Below, piece after piece: positions 8,440-18,481 of a DNA stretch of 54,368 nt. Source of the stretch: an uncultured Bacilli bacterium (GTDB taxonomy: Bacteria > Bacillota_I > Bacilli_A > RF39 > UBA660); assembly GCA_934155005.1 (NCBI GenBank), contig CAKPGR010000004.1, positions 1-54,368 on the forward strand, given 5' to 3'. The number at the start of each line of letters is the position of its first letter. The first letter of the stretch is position 1. Below the pieces are notes generated by a model. That model had not been told where the DNA came from. It saw nothing but the letters and a program-made list of their open reading frames with translations, and searched no databases. The translations under genes and the position numbers were made by a program.

Positions 8440-9219
8440 TTATTTTAATACATTAAATACAACAAATACCACTAATCCTGAAATAGCTATTAATCCTACA
8501 AATAACAAAATTTTTAAAAAAACACTTTTTTTAGTCTTAGGTTTTTCAAAGCCTTCAAAATCTTCATCATTAAAACTCATACTTGATGTAAAAAAGGACT
8601 TGTCAATATTTGTATTTGTAACATCATTTTTCTTAGCATCCATTTTTTTTACTTCATTTAAGATTGATTTAATTGAATCTTTATTTCCAATCATTGTATT
8701 ATTATTAGATTTCAAATCTTCTAGCATATCAAGTCCAAGTTCTTCTTCTGTAAGTTTACTAATTTTACTAGTATTATGAATAGTATCAATCATACTTTCC
8801 ACTTGCTCTTTTGGAATTTCTTCCTTGCTTTGTTCTTTTAATTTTTTTAGTAACTCTACATTTTTTTCATCTAAATTATGATATTTTTGATGTTCCTTAT
8901 TTGTCTTAGCTTTATCTAGTATATCTCTAATATCATATACTCTATCTTCATCTCTTTCAAATGTTTCATATTTTGGTTCTTCTATTTTTTCATCAATAAA
9001 ATTCCTTAAATCTTTTTGTCTTTGAAATTCTTCTCTATTTTTTAACATATTTTTTACTTTTGTGATGTCAACTTCATTATCTTTTTCAATAGTAGCAATG
9101 CCTTCAATATTACTATAAGATATATCATCATAAATATTTTTATATAAATCCCTATTCTTTTCACTTCTTTTTGTAATATTGTTTCGTTCATTACTATAAT
9201 ATCTATCCATTCTACTCAT
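8440..9219 (-). CDS. hypothetical protein with a C-terminal TM anchor
   Basis: A 259-aa charged protein ending in the hydrophobic helix FLKILLFVGLIAISGLVVFVVF. RBS AAGGTGA. Confidence 0.45.
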   Translation of the reverse strand: MSRMDRYYSNERNNITKRSEKNRDLYKNIYDDISYSNIEGIATIEKDNEVDITKVKNMLKNREEFQRQKDLRNFIDEKIEEPKYETFERDEDRVYDIRDILDKAKTNKEHQKYHNLDEKNVELLKKLKEQSKEEIPKEQVESMIDTIHNTSKISKLTEEELGLDMLEDLKSNNNTMIGNKDSIKSILNEVKKMDAKKNDVTNTNIDKSFFTSSMSFNDEDFEGFEKPKTKKSVFLKILLFVGLIAISGLVVFVVFNVLK

Positions 9220-9273
9220 TTACATCACCTTACAATTATTCTAACATATTTATTTATTTTTTTAAACCTAAAC

Positions 9274-9302
9274 TTGCTTTTATTAGTTATTTTTTTTATA
9301 AT
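9274..9302 (+). promoter_or_regulatory. sigma-A type promoter for the ferredoxin operon
   Basis: TTGCTT (9274-9279), a 17-nt spacer, then TATAAT (9297-9302). The ATG follows 18 nt later, behind GGAGG. Confidence 0.45.
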
Positions 9303-9319
9303 TAAATTGGAGGTAATAT

Positions 9320-9529
9320 ATGGAAAAAATAATTGTAGATGAAAATGTTTGTTTTGGTTGTGGTTTTTGTGCGGCTTCATCAGATGTATTTGATATAAAT
9401 GATGAAAATGTAGCATTCACAAAAGAAAATATGAATGTAATTGATAATATGAGTGAAGAAAAAAAAGAAGAAGTTTTAGAGGTTAAAGACGGATGTCCTG
9501 TTGAAGCTATTAAAATTGTAGAGGAATAA
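9320..9529 (+). CDS. small ferredoxin (single [3Fe-4S]/[4Fe-4S] type)
   Basis: CFGCGFC ... CPVEAI cysteine pattern in 69 aa. Confidence 0.7.
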   Translation: MEKIIVDENVCFGCGFCAASSDVFDINDENVAFTKENMNVIDNMSEEKKEEVLEVKDGCPVEAIKIVEE

Positions 9530-9530
9530 T

Positions 9531-10358
9531 ATGATTATAAATAAGGATTCTTTAAGTGAATACCAAAAAGATTTAAATAAATTAACAGATTCTTTAACTA
9601 GCTTATGTATTGATGAAAACCATAAAGATATAAGCGAATCTGAAGCTTTAAAATTAGCTCATAAAATCGTTAATGATTTAAGTAAAAAACAAGGGATAAT
9701 TATCCCTAATGAAGAAAATTTAGTTTCTAAAATGATAAACGAATTAAATAAATATAATGATTCTTTAATAGAAATGCCAAGAAAGATTGTTGTTTCTTCT
9801 AAAAATAACTTAGTTAATGCTGTTAAGACTAATAGTGATAATCAATTTGAAATTAATGTAGAAGGACTCGTTTTAGAAAATCTAAAAAGTTTAAAAGCAT
9901 TGGATGATAAAGAAGAAAAACATGTTAACACAGGAAAAATCATTGATAACATTATAACTCATATTAATTTCAAAAATTGTAATAATTTAGAATATGCTAA
10001 AATAGAAAATGAAGTAGAAAAAATTGTGGAAAAAAATGTTAATGAATTTATTCCAACTTATGAAGATACTTTGCAAACATCAGTAAATAATATAAAAAAT
10101 AATATCGGCAATACAATTTCTAATTTTAATTCTTTTATAAACTCTTATAATGAGAAATCAAAAGAAAGTACAATTATGACAGGAGCTTTCTTCGAAGATG
10201 AAAAAAGCAAACAAAATACAAGTAAAGGTAGTCTTATGACCGGAGCTTTCTTTGAAAATGAGAAAAAAAATATCATTTCTAATATGTCAGAAGAAGAAAA
10301 AAATAATCTTGTTTTTGGAAGTCAAAATGAAAATGAAATTTCAAGCAAAACAAAATAG
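9531..10358 (+). CDS. hypothetical protein, translationally coupled to the ferredoxin gene
   Basis: The start lies 2 nt after the ferredoxin stop. It has an internal duplicated motif, MTGAFFEDEK / MTGAFFENEK. Confidence 0.45.
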   Translation: MIINKDSLSEYQKDLNKLTDSLTSLCIDENHKDISESEALKLAHKIVNDLSKKQGIIIPNEENLVSKMINELNKYNDSLIEMPRKIVVSSKNNLVNAVKTNSDNQFEINVEGLVLENLKSLKALDDKEEKHVNTGKIIDNIITHINFKNCNNLEYAKIENEVEKIVEKNVNEFIPTYEDTLQTSVNNIKNNIGNTISNFNSFINSYNEKSKESTIMTGAFFEDEKSKQNTSKGSLMTGAFFENEKKNIISNMSEEEKNNLVFGSQNENEISSKTK

Positions 10359-10370
10359 AACAAATACGTT

Positions 10371-11090
10371 CTATTTTTTTGTTTCATTATACAATTTTTT
10401 TACTTCCTTAGGATTTAAAATCCTATATTCACCTGATTTAACATTTTGTAAATCTAAAAAAGCATACTTTTCTCTTTTTAATTTTAAAACATTGTATCCT
10501 ATGGCTTCAAACATTTTTTTTACTTGATGATTTCTTCCTTCATGAATAGTAAGTTCAACTATGGAAGTATCACTTTTTTTATCGTATCTTTTAATTCTAG
10601 CTTTTGCTTTACTAGTTTTTTTGCCATCAATAAATACTCCATTTGATAATCTTAAAAGTTCTTTTTTTCCAATCAATCCTTTTATTTTAGCAACATAAAC
10701 TTTTTCAATATTATTTTTAGGATGCATTAATAAATTAGCAAGTTCCCCATCATTTGTTAAAATAAGAATACCTGTTGTATCATAATCAAGTCTTCCTACT
10801 GGATAAATACGTTTTGTTGTATTAATTAAATCAACAACGGTTTTTCTACCTTTGTCATCATTTGTAGATGTAATAACTCCTCTTGGTTTATTTAAAAGAT
10901 AATATACTTTATTTTCATTATCATTATTCAATACCAAACCATCTATTTCAACAAAATCATTATTATCAACTTTTAATCCTAAAATGGCTGTCTTACCATT
11001 TACTTTTACTCTACCTAATTTTATTAATTCTTCTGCCTTTCTTCTAGATGTGTATCCATTATCAGCTATAAATTTTTGTAAACGTATCAT
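10371..11090 (-). CDS. rluB: 23S rRNA pseudouridine synthase, RsuA/RluB family
   Basis: S4 domain (RLQKFIADNGYTSRRKAEELI) and catalytic motif GRLDYDTTGILILTNDG. The start is at ATG 11090, behind AGGTGA. Confidence 0.8.
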   Translation of the reverse strand: MIRLQKFIADNGYTSRRKAEELIKLGRVKVNGKTAILGLKVDNNDFVEIDGLVLNNDNENKVYYLLNKPRGVITSTNDDKGRKTVVDLINTTKRIYPVGRLDYDTTGILILTNDGELANLLMHPKNNIEKVYVAKIKGLIGKKELLRLSNGVFIDGKKTSKAKARIKRYDKKSDTSIVELTIHEGRNHQVKKMFEAIGYNVLKLKREKYAFLDLQNVKSGEYRILNPKEVKKLYNETKK

Positions 11091-11137
11091 AAAATCACCT
11101 AGATACATTATACTTTAATTTTTGTATTTAAACAAGA

Positions 11138-11650
11138 TTAAAACATTAGTCTGACAATTATTATACTAGCTATTATTCCAATTAAATCAGCAAATAACCC
11201 AGCCCATAAAGCATATCTTATTTTTTTTATACCTATGCTTCCAAAATAAAGTGTTATAACATAAAAGGTTGTATCCGTAGCTCCTTGAATAACAGAACCA
11301 AGTCTACCAATTAAAGAATCTGGGCCAAAATTTTCAAAAACATTATTTAAAAGAGCAAGGGTTGTAGTACCTGAAATTGGTCGCATTATCATAATAGGAA
11401 AAGTTTGAATAGGAACTTTTAAAATATCAAATAGCGGTTTTACTACAACATAGATTAAATCAATAAAACCACTTTTTAAAAATATATTTACGCCAAAAAT
11501 CATAGCAAGTAGGCACGGAAAAATTTTAAATATCATACTAAATGACTCACTCGCCCCATTTAAAAATTCATCATATACATTAACTTTTTTTGAAATTCCG
11601 TATATAAGTATAAATAATACCATTAAAGGAATAATTAAATTTGATATCAT
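11138..11650 (-). CDS. spmB: spore maturation protein B
   Basis: Polytopic nucleoside-recognition-type membrane protein in the conserved dacB-spmA-spmB order. Confidence 0.75.
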   Translation of the reverse strand: MISNLIIPLMVLFILIYGISKKVNVYDEFLNGASESFSMIFKIFPCLLAMIFGVNIFLKSGFIDLIYVVVKPLFDILKVPIQTFPIMIMRPISGTTTLALLNNVFENFGPDSLIGRLGSVIQGATDTTFYVITLYFGSIGIKKIRYALWAGLFADLIGIIASIIIVRLMF

Positions 11651-12228
11651 AATTTCCTCCTATTTGCTAGAAAGCGGTCAAACAAAAGGCCAAATAAGGT
11701 AGAGCAAGATGTAGCTAAAATACAGGGTAAAACTATTTCAGTTGGATTTACACTTCCATACATTAGTCTCATTGATATTATAGTTGTAGGTATAATAGTA
11801 ACTCCACTTGTATTTAAAACTAAAAAGGTTATCATACTTCTACTAGCTACATCTTTATTTTTATTTAATTCTTGAAGTGAACTCATTGCTTTTAAGCCAA
11901 AGGGGGTTGCGGCAGAACCGAGTCCTGCCATATTAGCGATTATATTAGATGCTATTAAACTAAGAGATTCATGATTTTTAGGAATTTCTGGAAATATTTT
12001 TCCTAAAATAGGAGATAATTTTGTTGATAATAACTTTAATAGTCCTGACTTTTCAGCTATCTTCATTATTCCAAGCCATAAAGCCATAACAGGAAATATT
12101 TTAACTGCCAAATCTAAACTAGTCTTTGTACATTCAATAATTTCATTATTTATAACTTCTACTTTACCAGTTAGAAGACTATAAATAATACCAACTATGA
12201 TAAAGATAGACCATACTTTATTTACCAT
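11647..12228 (-). CDS. spmA: spore maturation protein A
   Basis: Polytopic membrane protein that overlaps both neighbours, in the dacB-spmA-spmB order. Confidence 0.75.
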   Translation of the reverse strand: MVNKVWSIFIIVGIIYSLLTGKVEVINNEIIECTKTSLDLAVKIFPVMALWLGIMKIAEKSGLLKLLSTKLSPILGKIFPEIPKNHESLSLIASNIIANMAGLGSAATPFGLKAMSSLQELNKNKDVASRSMITFLVLNTSGVTIIPTTIISMRLMYGSVNPTEIVLPCILATSCSTLFGLLFDRFLANRRKL

Positions 12229-13294
12229 ATTTTAGTCCTTTTATTTTGTCTATAAAGCTAGTTTTCTTTTTTTCTATTTTTTCAATATATATTTTTTCAG
12301 TGTGTATCTTACTATCTCCTAAGTAAACTTCTACATTACCAATACTAATATTATTTTTTATTTTTCTAATCTTTTCAATATTAAATTTCAAAATTATTAA
12401 ATCTTTTTCATCATTACTTAAAGGATATGTAAAATTATTTTTTAAATAAAATTTATAATTTTTATAATAAGTTTCATTTTCTATTTCTATGTATCCCTTT
12501 TTTAATATTTCATAATTTTTATAATTAGCAAAACCATATTCAAATAAATTCTCATGATCTTTAAAATCATTACCATCATTTAATGTAACTACAACTAAAT
12601 TTAAATTGTCTTTACTAGCTGAATTTACAAGTGTTCTTCTAGCTTTTTTTGTATAACCTGTTTTTCCACCTGTTGCATACCTATAATTTTTTAGTAATTT
12701 ATTTTTGTTATACCAAATATATGTATTCATATTTGTTTTCAAATTATATTTAGTTGTTGAAACTATTTTTTTAAATTCTTTATTTTTCATAGCTTCACTC
12801 ATTATAATAGCCATATCATAGGCAGTTGAATAGTTACCATTTTCTTCATCTAGTCCATTTGGATTATTAAATGTTGTATTTTTTAAACCTAAACTTTTAG
12901 CTTTTTCATTCATTTTATCAACAAATTTTGGTGTTGTGCCACCAACAAAATGGGATATAGCAAGAGAAGCGTCATTACCACTTCTAAGCATTAAGCCATA
13001 TAGTAAATCTTTAAGAGTTAAAACCTCACCTTTTTTTATATAAATTCCTGACCCATATGCGCCATCTATTTCATCACCAATAGTGATTTTTTCATTTAAC
13101 TTACCACTTTCTGTAGCAATTAAAGCAGTCATTATTTTTGATATACTAGCAACACTCCTAACCTCATGAATATTTTTACTATACAAGATTCTTCTTGAAT
13201 CCATATCCATAAGAATTGCTGAGGTAGCACTTGTATCAATAGCTTTAATGTTAATAGGAATTAATAGTAATAGAAATAAAAATATTTTTTTCAT
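12218..13294 (-). CDS. dacB: D-alanyl-D-alanine carboxypeptidase (sporulation-type, DacB-like)
   Basis: Signal peptide, SxxK (SISK), SGN and KTG motifs. It is followed by spmA-spmB, as in Bacillus subtilis. Confidence 0.75.
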   Translation of the reverse strand: MKKIFLFLLLLIPINIKAIDTSATSAILMDMDSRRILYSKNIHEVRSVASISKIMTALIATESGKLNEKITIGDEIDGAYGSGIYIKKGEVLTLKDLLYGLMLRSGNDASLAISHFVGGTTPKFVDKMNEKAKSLGLKNTTFNNPNGLDEENGNYSTAYDMAIIMSEAMKNKEFKKIVSTTKYNLKTNMNTYIWYNKNKLLKNYRYATGGKTGYTKKARRTLVNSASKDNLNLVVVTLNDGNDFKDHENLFEYGFANYKNYEILKKGYIEIENETYYKNYKFYLKNNFTYPLSNDEKDLIILKFNIEKIRKIKNNISIGNVEVYLGDSKIHTEKIYIEKIEKKKTSFIDKIKGLKYGK

Positions 13295-13347
13295 ATAGTC
13301 ACCTGTTAAAGAATATGAAAAAAAGGACTAGTTTAGTCCTAAAAAGT

Positions 13348-14499
13348 TTAATTAAAGCTAATATTGCCTGATATAATATCTGAAATGTATCTTAAATATA
13401 ATTCTATAAAGTTAGCTTTTTCTATATCTTTTTTTACAGTTAAATTAACTTCTTTTATTTTTTTGCCATCTTCTTTAACTAATAATTTACCAACGATATT
13501 TCCTTTCTTTATTGGCGCTACAACCTTGTCTAATTTAACACTATAAGTTATATTTCCAATTTTATCTGTTTTCTTTGTTAATATTGAAACATCATCAACT
13601 GGAATAATTTCTACTTTTTTAGTCTTTGCTTTTTCCACATTGACTTCCTTTATTGTTTTATTTTGATTTATAATAATAGTTGATTTATATTGAGCAAAGC
13701 CATAATCTAACATCGAAGAAATTTCTGAATTTCTAAGAGCACTAGTCGGTTCACCCATAGCAACAGCAATTAATCGCATATCATTTTTACTTGCTGTTGC
13801 CGTTAAACAATAACCAGCTTCTTTCGTATATCCTGTTTTAAGTCCATCTACCCCATTATAAAATCTTACTAATTTATTCGTATTAACTAACCAAAATTCT
13901 CTATCTGTTCCTTTTCTTAAATAATCTTCATATATAGAAGTAAATTCTAAAACTTTTTTATGTTTGACAAGTTCTTTAGCAATCATAGCCATATCATGTG
14001 CACTAGAATAATGATTAGCATCATCTAATCCATGAGGATTTTTAAAATTAGTATCTTTTAGATTTAATTCTAATGCTTTTTCATTCATTTTTTTTACAAA
14101 TTCATCTACTGTTCCATACGTTGCTTCTGCAAGCGCTACAACAGCATCATTACCACTTGCAACGGCAACACCTTTAAATAAATCTTTAACTTTCATTTGT
14201 TCTCCTGTTTCAAGAAGTATTTGAGATCCACCCATACTTGATGCATTTTCACTTACAGTAACAGTATCATTCCAATTTAAAACACCATCTTCTATTGCTT
14301 CAACTATAACTAACATACTCATCATTTTAGTCATTGAAGCAGGAGCAATTTTTTCATGACTATTTTTTTCAAACAAAATCTCACCCGTTTTAACATCAAT
14401 CAAAATAGCTGATTTAGCATTCATAGCTAGTTCTTCTGCTTTTACGCTAGTAAAAGGTATTAAACAGATAACACATAACATAATCCATATTTTTTTCAT
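13348..14499 (-). CDS. D-alanyl-D-alanine carboxypeptidase, PBP5 type with C-terminal domain (DacA/DacF-like)
   Basis: Signal peptide, SMTK, SGND and KTGYT motifs, and a PBP5 C-terminal beta domain. Confidence 0.8.
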   Translation of the reverse strand: MKKIWIMLCVICLIPFTSVKAEELAMNAKSAILIDVKTGEILFEKNSHEKIAPASMTKMMSMLVIVEAIEDGVLNWNDTVTVSENASSMGGSQILLETGEQMKVKDLFKGVAVASGNDAVVALAEATYGTVDEFVKKMNEKALELNLKDTNFKNPHGLDDANHYSSAHDMAMIAKELVKHKKVLEFTSIYEDYLRKGTDREFWLVNTNKLVRFYNGVDGLKTGYTKEAGYCLTATASKNDMRLIAVAMGEPTSALRNSEISSMLDYGFAQYKSTIIINQNKTIKEVNVEKAKTKKVEIIPVDDVSILTKKTDKIGNITYSVKLDKVVAPIKKGNIVGKLLVKEDGKKIKEVNLTVKKDIEKANFIELYLRYISDIISGNISFN

Positions 14500-14548
14500 A
14501 ATCCACCTCTATTTAAAAATATGAAATTATATAAAAAAAAAGAATATT

Positions 14549-15271
14549 TTATTTTATATATTCTTTATAAAAATTATTTGTAAAAGCATTATAAGCTTTT
14601 TCTTCCATTTTTAAATCTAACTTTTTGTATTTAAGATTATTTTTTTTCATTATTTCATTAATAAAATATTTTAAAAATTCTGGATTTCTAATTAATAAAG
14701 GTCCAACTAGATATGTTCCATAAAAATTATTATATTTAATTCCTTCTGTTTTAGAATTAGGATAACTTCCTATTCCTTTTACAACTTCAAACATAGGATT
14801 TTTATTATCTCTTAAAACTGTATTTTGATTTTGAAAACCTATAACAAAATCATTTAGAAAAGAACACTTCATAATACTCTCATCAATCATTCTAAATGAT
14901 TCTTCTTTAACATAATAATCAAATACTTCTAGTGTTTTTTCTTTGTTTTTACCTTTTAAAATATACTTACCAAATAAATTAATAGCATTACCTGTTATTA
15001 AAAAGAATTTTCCATCTGAAATAGCTTTTTTAATTTCTTTTTTATATTTTAATAGATGTGGTAAAATGATTTTTTGATTATTTTCAGTACCTGCTCCCAT
15101 ATAAACTAAATCATATTTATCAAATTCTAATTCATCGTCAACAGTTAAAAAATGAATACAAGTATTTATATTTTCCAATTCTAGATTCTTTTTTAAAGCT
15201 TTTATATTTCCATTTTCTCCATATAAATTTAAAATATCATAATAAAGATATGCTATATGAAATCTTTTCAT
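14549..15271 (-). CDS. gatD: GatD-like (CobQ-type glutamine amidotransferase) partner of MurT, with an apparently degenerate active site
   Basis: LNLYGENGNI, GTYLVGPLL and overall colinearity with GatD. The stop abuts murT. Confidence 0.65.
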   Translation of the reverse strand: MKRFHIAYLYYDILNLYGENGNIKALKKNLELENINTCIHFLTVDDELEFDKYDLVYMGAGTENNQKIILPHLLKYKKEIKKAISDGKFFLITGNAINLFGKYILKGKNKEKTLEVFDYYVKEESFRMIDESIMKCSFLNDFVIGFQNQNTVLRDNKNPMFEVVKGIGSYPNSKTEGIKYNNFYGTYLVGPLLIRNPEFLKYFINEIMKKNNLKYKKLDLKMEEKAYNAFTNNFYKEYIK

Positions 15272-16587
15272 TATTCCACCTCACTTAATTGATCTCTTAA
15301 AACATGTTCTAAATCAAATGGAAAAATTAAATAAGTTATCCCTTTTGATTTTGTTTTAAAAGTTTCTAATATTAATGATGAATCTTCTATAACTTCTACT
15401 TTTTTTGTATCAATATCAGCATACTTTAATCTTAAAGCAACATCATTTGCAAATCTGCCAAAACAAAATATTTTTTTTATACTATCATCTTTTAAAAGTT
15501 CAAAATTAACATCATATAACCAAGATAAATCTTTAATATTATATCTACCACTTATAACATTAAAACCTAAAAAAATAGTTTTATCACCAGTTTGTTTTTT
15601 TACATAATCGATAGATTGATTATAGGATATTGGTGTATCATTTTTACTTAATAAAATAACTCCTTCTTTTTTTCCAATTTTAAATGTGTCTAATCTTTTA
15701 ATTTTAAGTGAAAGATTATTTAAAGTTTCTACTATACTACTTGTGTTTATACCCGAATTTTTAGCCACTACGTAACTTGCTGATAAATTGTAAATATTAT
15801 ATAAAGCATCATTATTCATTTTAATTTTATTTCCATCTAATGTAAATGTATTATCATTATTTAATTTTGCTTCATATAAATTATCTGGTCTATTAAAATC
15901 GTTATTAGGACAATGATAATTTCCAAGATTAGCATAATGAAAATAATCAAATTCTAATTTTTTATGACAAACAGGACAATACATCATATCTAATTTTGAT
16001 GTATTTTTTTTAGTGGAATATTTTGTTTTAGCAAGGCCATAATAAGAAATTTTTCCTTTATGCCCTAAACTAAATTTCATAACAAGAGGATCATCAGCAT
16101 TTAAAACTAAATGAATATCTTTTGTAATACGCATTTTAATATCATCAAAAACAATATCAAAGTGTCCATTACGAGCTAGTTGATCTCTAGATAAATTATT
16201 AATAACAAAATAATTAGGTTTGAAATCTTTGAAAACTTCTTTTACATATCTTTCATCTGTTTCTAAAACTAAAACATCTACTTTTGTTTTCCCAAATATA
16301 TTAACACTATCTAATATTACACTAGTAACACCAGCTTTTAAATTAGAACCTTTGGAATTACTTCCAACTTTTAGTCCAGCATTCTTATATATTTCTGTTA
16401 AAGTACCTGAAATAGAAGTTTTTCCAGTTGTTCCTGTAACACATATTGTTGTTTTTGGAAGTTCTAATTTTTTTAATATGTCTTTATCCAATTTTAAAGC
16501 AATTTCACCGGGCAATGAAGTACCTCTGCCTATTTTTTTTAATATATTTTGTATCATTTTACATATGATCAATTTTAAAGTTAACAT
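15271..16587 (-). CDS. murT: lipid II isoglutaminyl synthase subunit MurT (Mur ligase family)
   Basis: P-loop GTTGKTS and Cys-rich ribbon CPVCHKK...YHCPN. The start is at ATG 16587, behind AAGAGGTG. Confidence 0.8.
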   Translation of the reverse strand: MLTLKLIICKMIQNILKKIGRGTSLPGEIALKLDKDILKKLELPKTTICVTGTTGKTSISGTLTEIYKNAGLKVGSNSKGSNLKAGVTSVILDSVNIFGKTKVDVLVLETDERYVKEVFKDFKPNYFVINNLSRDQLARNGHFDIVFDDIKMRITKDIHLVLNADDPLVMKFSLGHKGKISYYGLAKTKYSTKKNTSKLDMMYCPVCHKKLEFDYFHYANLGNYHCPNNDFNRPDNLYEAKLNNDNTFTLDGNKIKMNNDALYNIYNLSASYVVAKNSGINTSSIVETLNNLSLKIKRLDTFKIGKKEGVILLSKNDTPISYNQSIDYVKKQTGDKTIFLGFNVISGRYNIKDLSWLYDVNFELLKDDSIKKIFCFGRFANDVALRLKYADIDTKKVEVIEDSSLILETFKTKSKGITYLIFPFDLEHVLRDQLSEVE

Positions 16588-16644
16588 AAAAACACCTCTT
16601 TTAATATAATACCACAACGAATAAAAAAAAACTATCTTTTATAT

Positions 16645-16995
16645 TTAATCCTTAGGTTTAAATATAAAGGATAGAAAAAACGATATAATAATAGCAGATA
16701 TTATCCCGGAAGATGTTAAATCAAACATTCCCATAAATAATCCAATTATTCCAAACTCATTTGCTTTTTCTAAGGCACCATGTATAAGTAGATGTCCAAA
16801 ACTAGTAATAGGGACTAATGCTCCACCACCTGCCCATAAAACACATTTATCATATAAACTAAATATGTCTAAGAAAGCTCCTACAACAACAAATATAGTT
16901 GTAACATGACCTGCTGTAAGTGGAGTATTATCTAATATTATTTGTCCTATCAAACAAACAAAACCTGCAAATAAAAAGCTATTTAAATATATCAA
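16645..16995 (-). CDS. spoVAE: stage V sporulation protein AE
   Basis: A 116-aa polytopic membrane protein following spoVAC-spoVAD. Confidence 0.85.
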   Translation of the reverse strand: MIYLNSFLFAGFVCLIGQIILDNTPLTAGHVTTIFVVVGAFLDIFSLYDKCVLWAGGGALVPITSFGHLLIHGALEKANEFGIIGLFMGMFDLTSSGIISAIIISFFLSFIFKPKD

Positions 16996-17981
16996 TTTAT
17001 TACCTCCAAACTAATTGCATGAGCAATACTTGGAATTGTCATATTTTCATTGACCATGGCTGGCGAATGTAATGCTCCTGTTGCTATTAATAAAACTTTT
17101 TTTATTTTCTTTTTTTTCATTAAATTAAATATATAACTATAAGTTACAAGTGGCATACAAGCAGGGCCACTTCCACCTGCATATACTGGTTGTTTTTTTA
17201 TGTCATAAATCATACAAGCTGTATCATCATAATTATTTAAAGTAATTCCATACTCTAATTTCATATATTCTTTAAGTATATCTTTACCATATATTCCTAA
17301 GTCTCCACTCAAAATCAAATCATAATAATTAGCTTCTCTTTCTAGATCAGTCAAATGTCTATATAAAGTATCGGCACATGCTGGCGCCATAACAGCTCCC
17401 ATATTATAAACATCCTTAACACCCATATCAATTACACGGCCAATTGTACTACTTTCCACTTTTATATTACTTTCCATATCACTTAAATAAATAGTCGCCG
17501 ATCCAGTCGTTGTAAATGTTGTAGTCTTGGGTTTAGGACCACCATATTCAACTGGATATCTAAATTGTTTTTCAGCTGCATTATTGTGACTGGACGCTGA
17601 ACAAATACAATTCTTTATTTGCTTTCCATCAATCATATTTGAGGCTATTATTAAACCTTCTACACTACTAGCACATGCATTATATATTCCTAAATATGGT
17701 ATTTTTAAATAACTTGCTGCCATATTAGAAGATGCTAACTGATTTAAAAGATCCCCTGATATGAAAAGATCTATATCATATTTTGTTTTACCTATTTTAG
17801 ATAATAATAATTCTGTCGAATCTAATATTAATTTTGTTTCTGCTTGTTCCCATGTCTTTGTTTCAAAATAAAAGTCATCATAACTTTTGTCAAAATAACT
17901 TCCTAAAGGGCCTTTTTTTTCGTATGGTCCTACTACTGTTGCTGAATCATTTACATAAACGTTTTTATATTTGAATGTCAT
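16992..17981 (-). CDS. spoVAD: stage V sporulation protein AD (thiolase-like fold, dipicolinate binding)
   Basis: 329 aa with typical SpoVAD length and sequence, lying between spoVAC and spoVAE. Confidence 0.85.
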   Translation of the reverse strand: MTFKYKNVYVNDSATVVGPYEKKGPLGSYFDKSYDDFYFETKTWEQAETKLILDSTELLLSKIGKTKYDIDLFISGDLLNQLASSNMAASYLKIPYLGIYNACASSVEGLIIASNMIDGKQIKNCICSASSHNNAAEKQFRYPVEYGGPKPKTTTFTTTGSATIYLSDMESNIKVESSTIGRVIDMGVKDVYNMGAVMAPACADTLYRHLTDLEREANYYDLILSGDLGIYGKDILKEYMKLEYGITLNNYDDTACMIYDIKKQPVYAGGSGPACMPLVTYSYIFNLMKKKKIKKVLLIATGALHSPAMVNENMTIPSIAHAISLEVIN

Positions 17982-18424
17982 ATAGCACCATCGAATAAAA
18001 TTAATCTAACAAGGCCAAAGACATAAGCACTTACAACCCCAAAAATAATAACCGATCCAGCTAATTTAAACATATTAGCTCCAATACCAGTAACCATTCC
18101 TTCTTTTCGGTATTCAAGAGCTGCACTCATCATAGCATGAGCAAATCCTGTTATTGGAATAATTAAACCTGCCTGAGCAAATTTAACCCACTTATCAAAA
18201 AATCCTAGACAAGTAAGTAAAGCTCCTATAAAGATAAGAGTGATAATCATAAAAGTTCCTGCTTCTTTAGTTGGAATATTTAAAAAATATGAATAAAACT
18301 CTATTAATAATTCTCCTATTACTCCCATAAATCCTCCTACTAAAAAAGCTATTATACCATTTTGAAATCTATTTTCAGTTGGTTTATATTTTTTTACTAG
18401 TTCTTTATATCTACTTTTTTCCAT
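17978..18424 (-). CDS. spoVAC: stage V sporulation protein AC
   Basis: A 148-aa membrane protein, first gene of the spoVAC-AD-AE trio, downstream of sigF. Confidence 0.85.
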   Translation of the reverse strand: MEKSRYKELVKKYKPTENRFQNGIIAFLVGGFMGVIGELLIEFYSYFLNIPTKEAGTFMIITLIFIGALLTCLGFFDKWVKFAQAGLIIPITGFAHAMMSAALEYRKEGMVTGIGANMFKLAGSVIIFGVVSAYVFGLVRLILFDGAI

Positions 18425-18481
18425 TTAATCACCTATCTTTATTATGAATAATATTATTTTTTATATACAAAAAAAATCAAT

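Noticed and set aside
9225-9416. A 63-aa minus-strand ORF (MLHFHHLYQ...) spanning the ferredoxin promoter and start.
   Set aside because: It overlaps the + strand ferredoxin gene and its TTGCTT-17-TATAAT promoter. Its composition is odd, it has no RBS, and the strand context fits the + strand operon better.
10252-10527. A 91-aa + strand ORF bridging the end of the 9531-10358 gene and the 3' end of rluB.
   Set aside because: It is out of frame with the upstream gene, antisense to rluB, and has a low-complexity Lys/Phe-rich translation.
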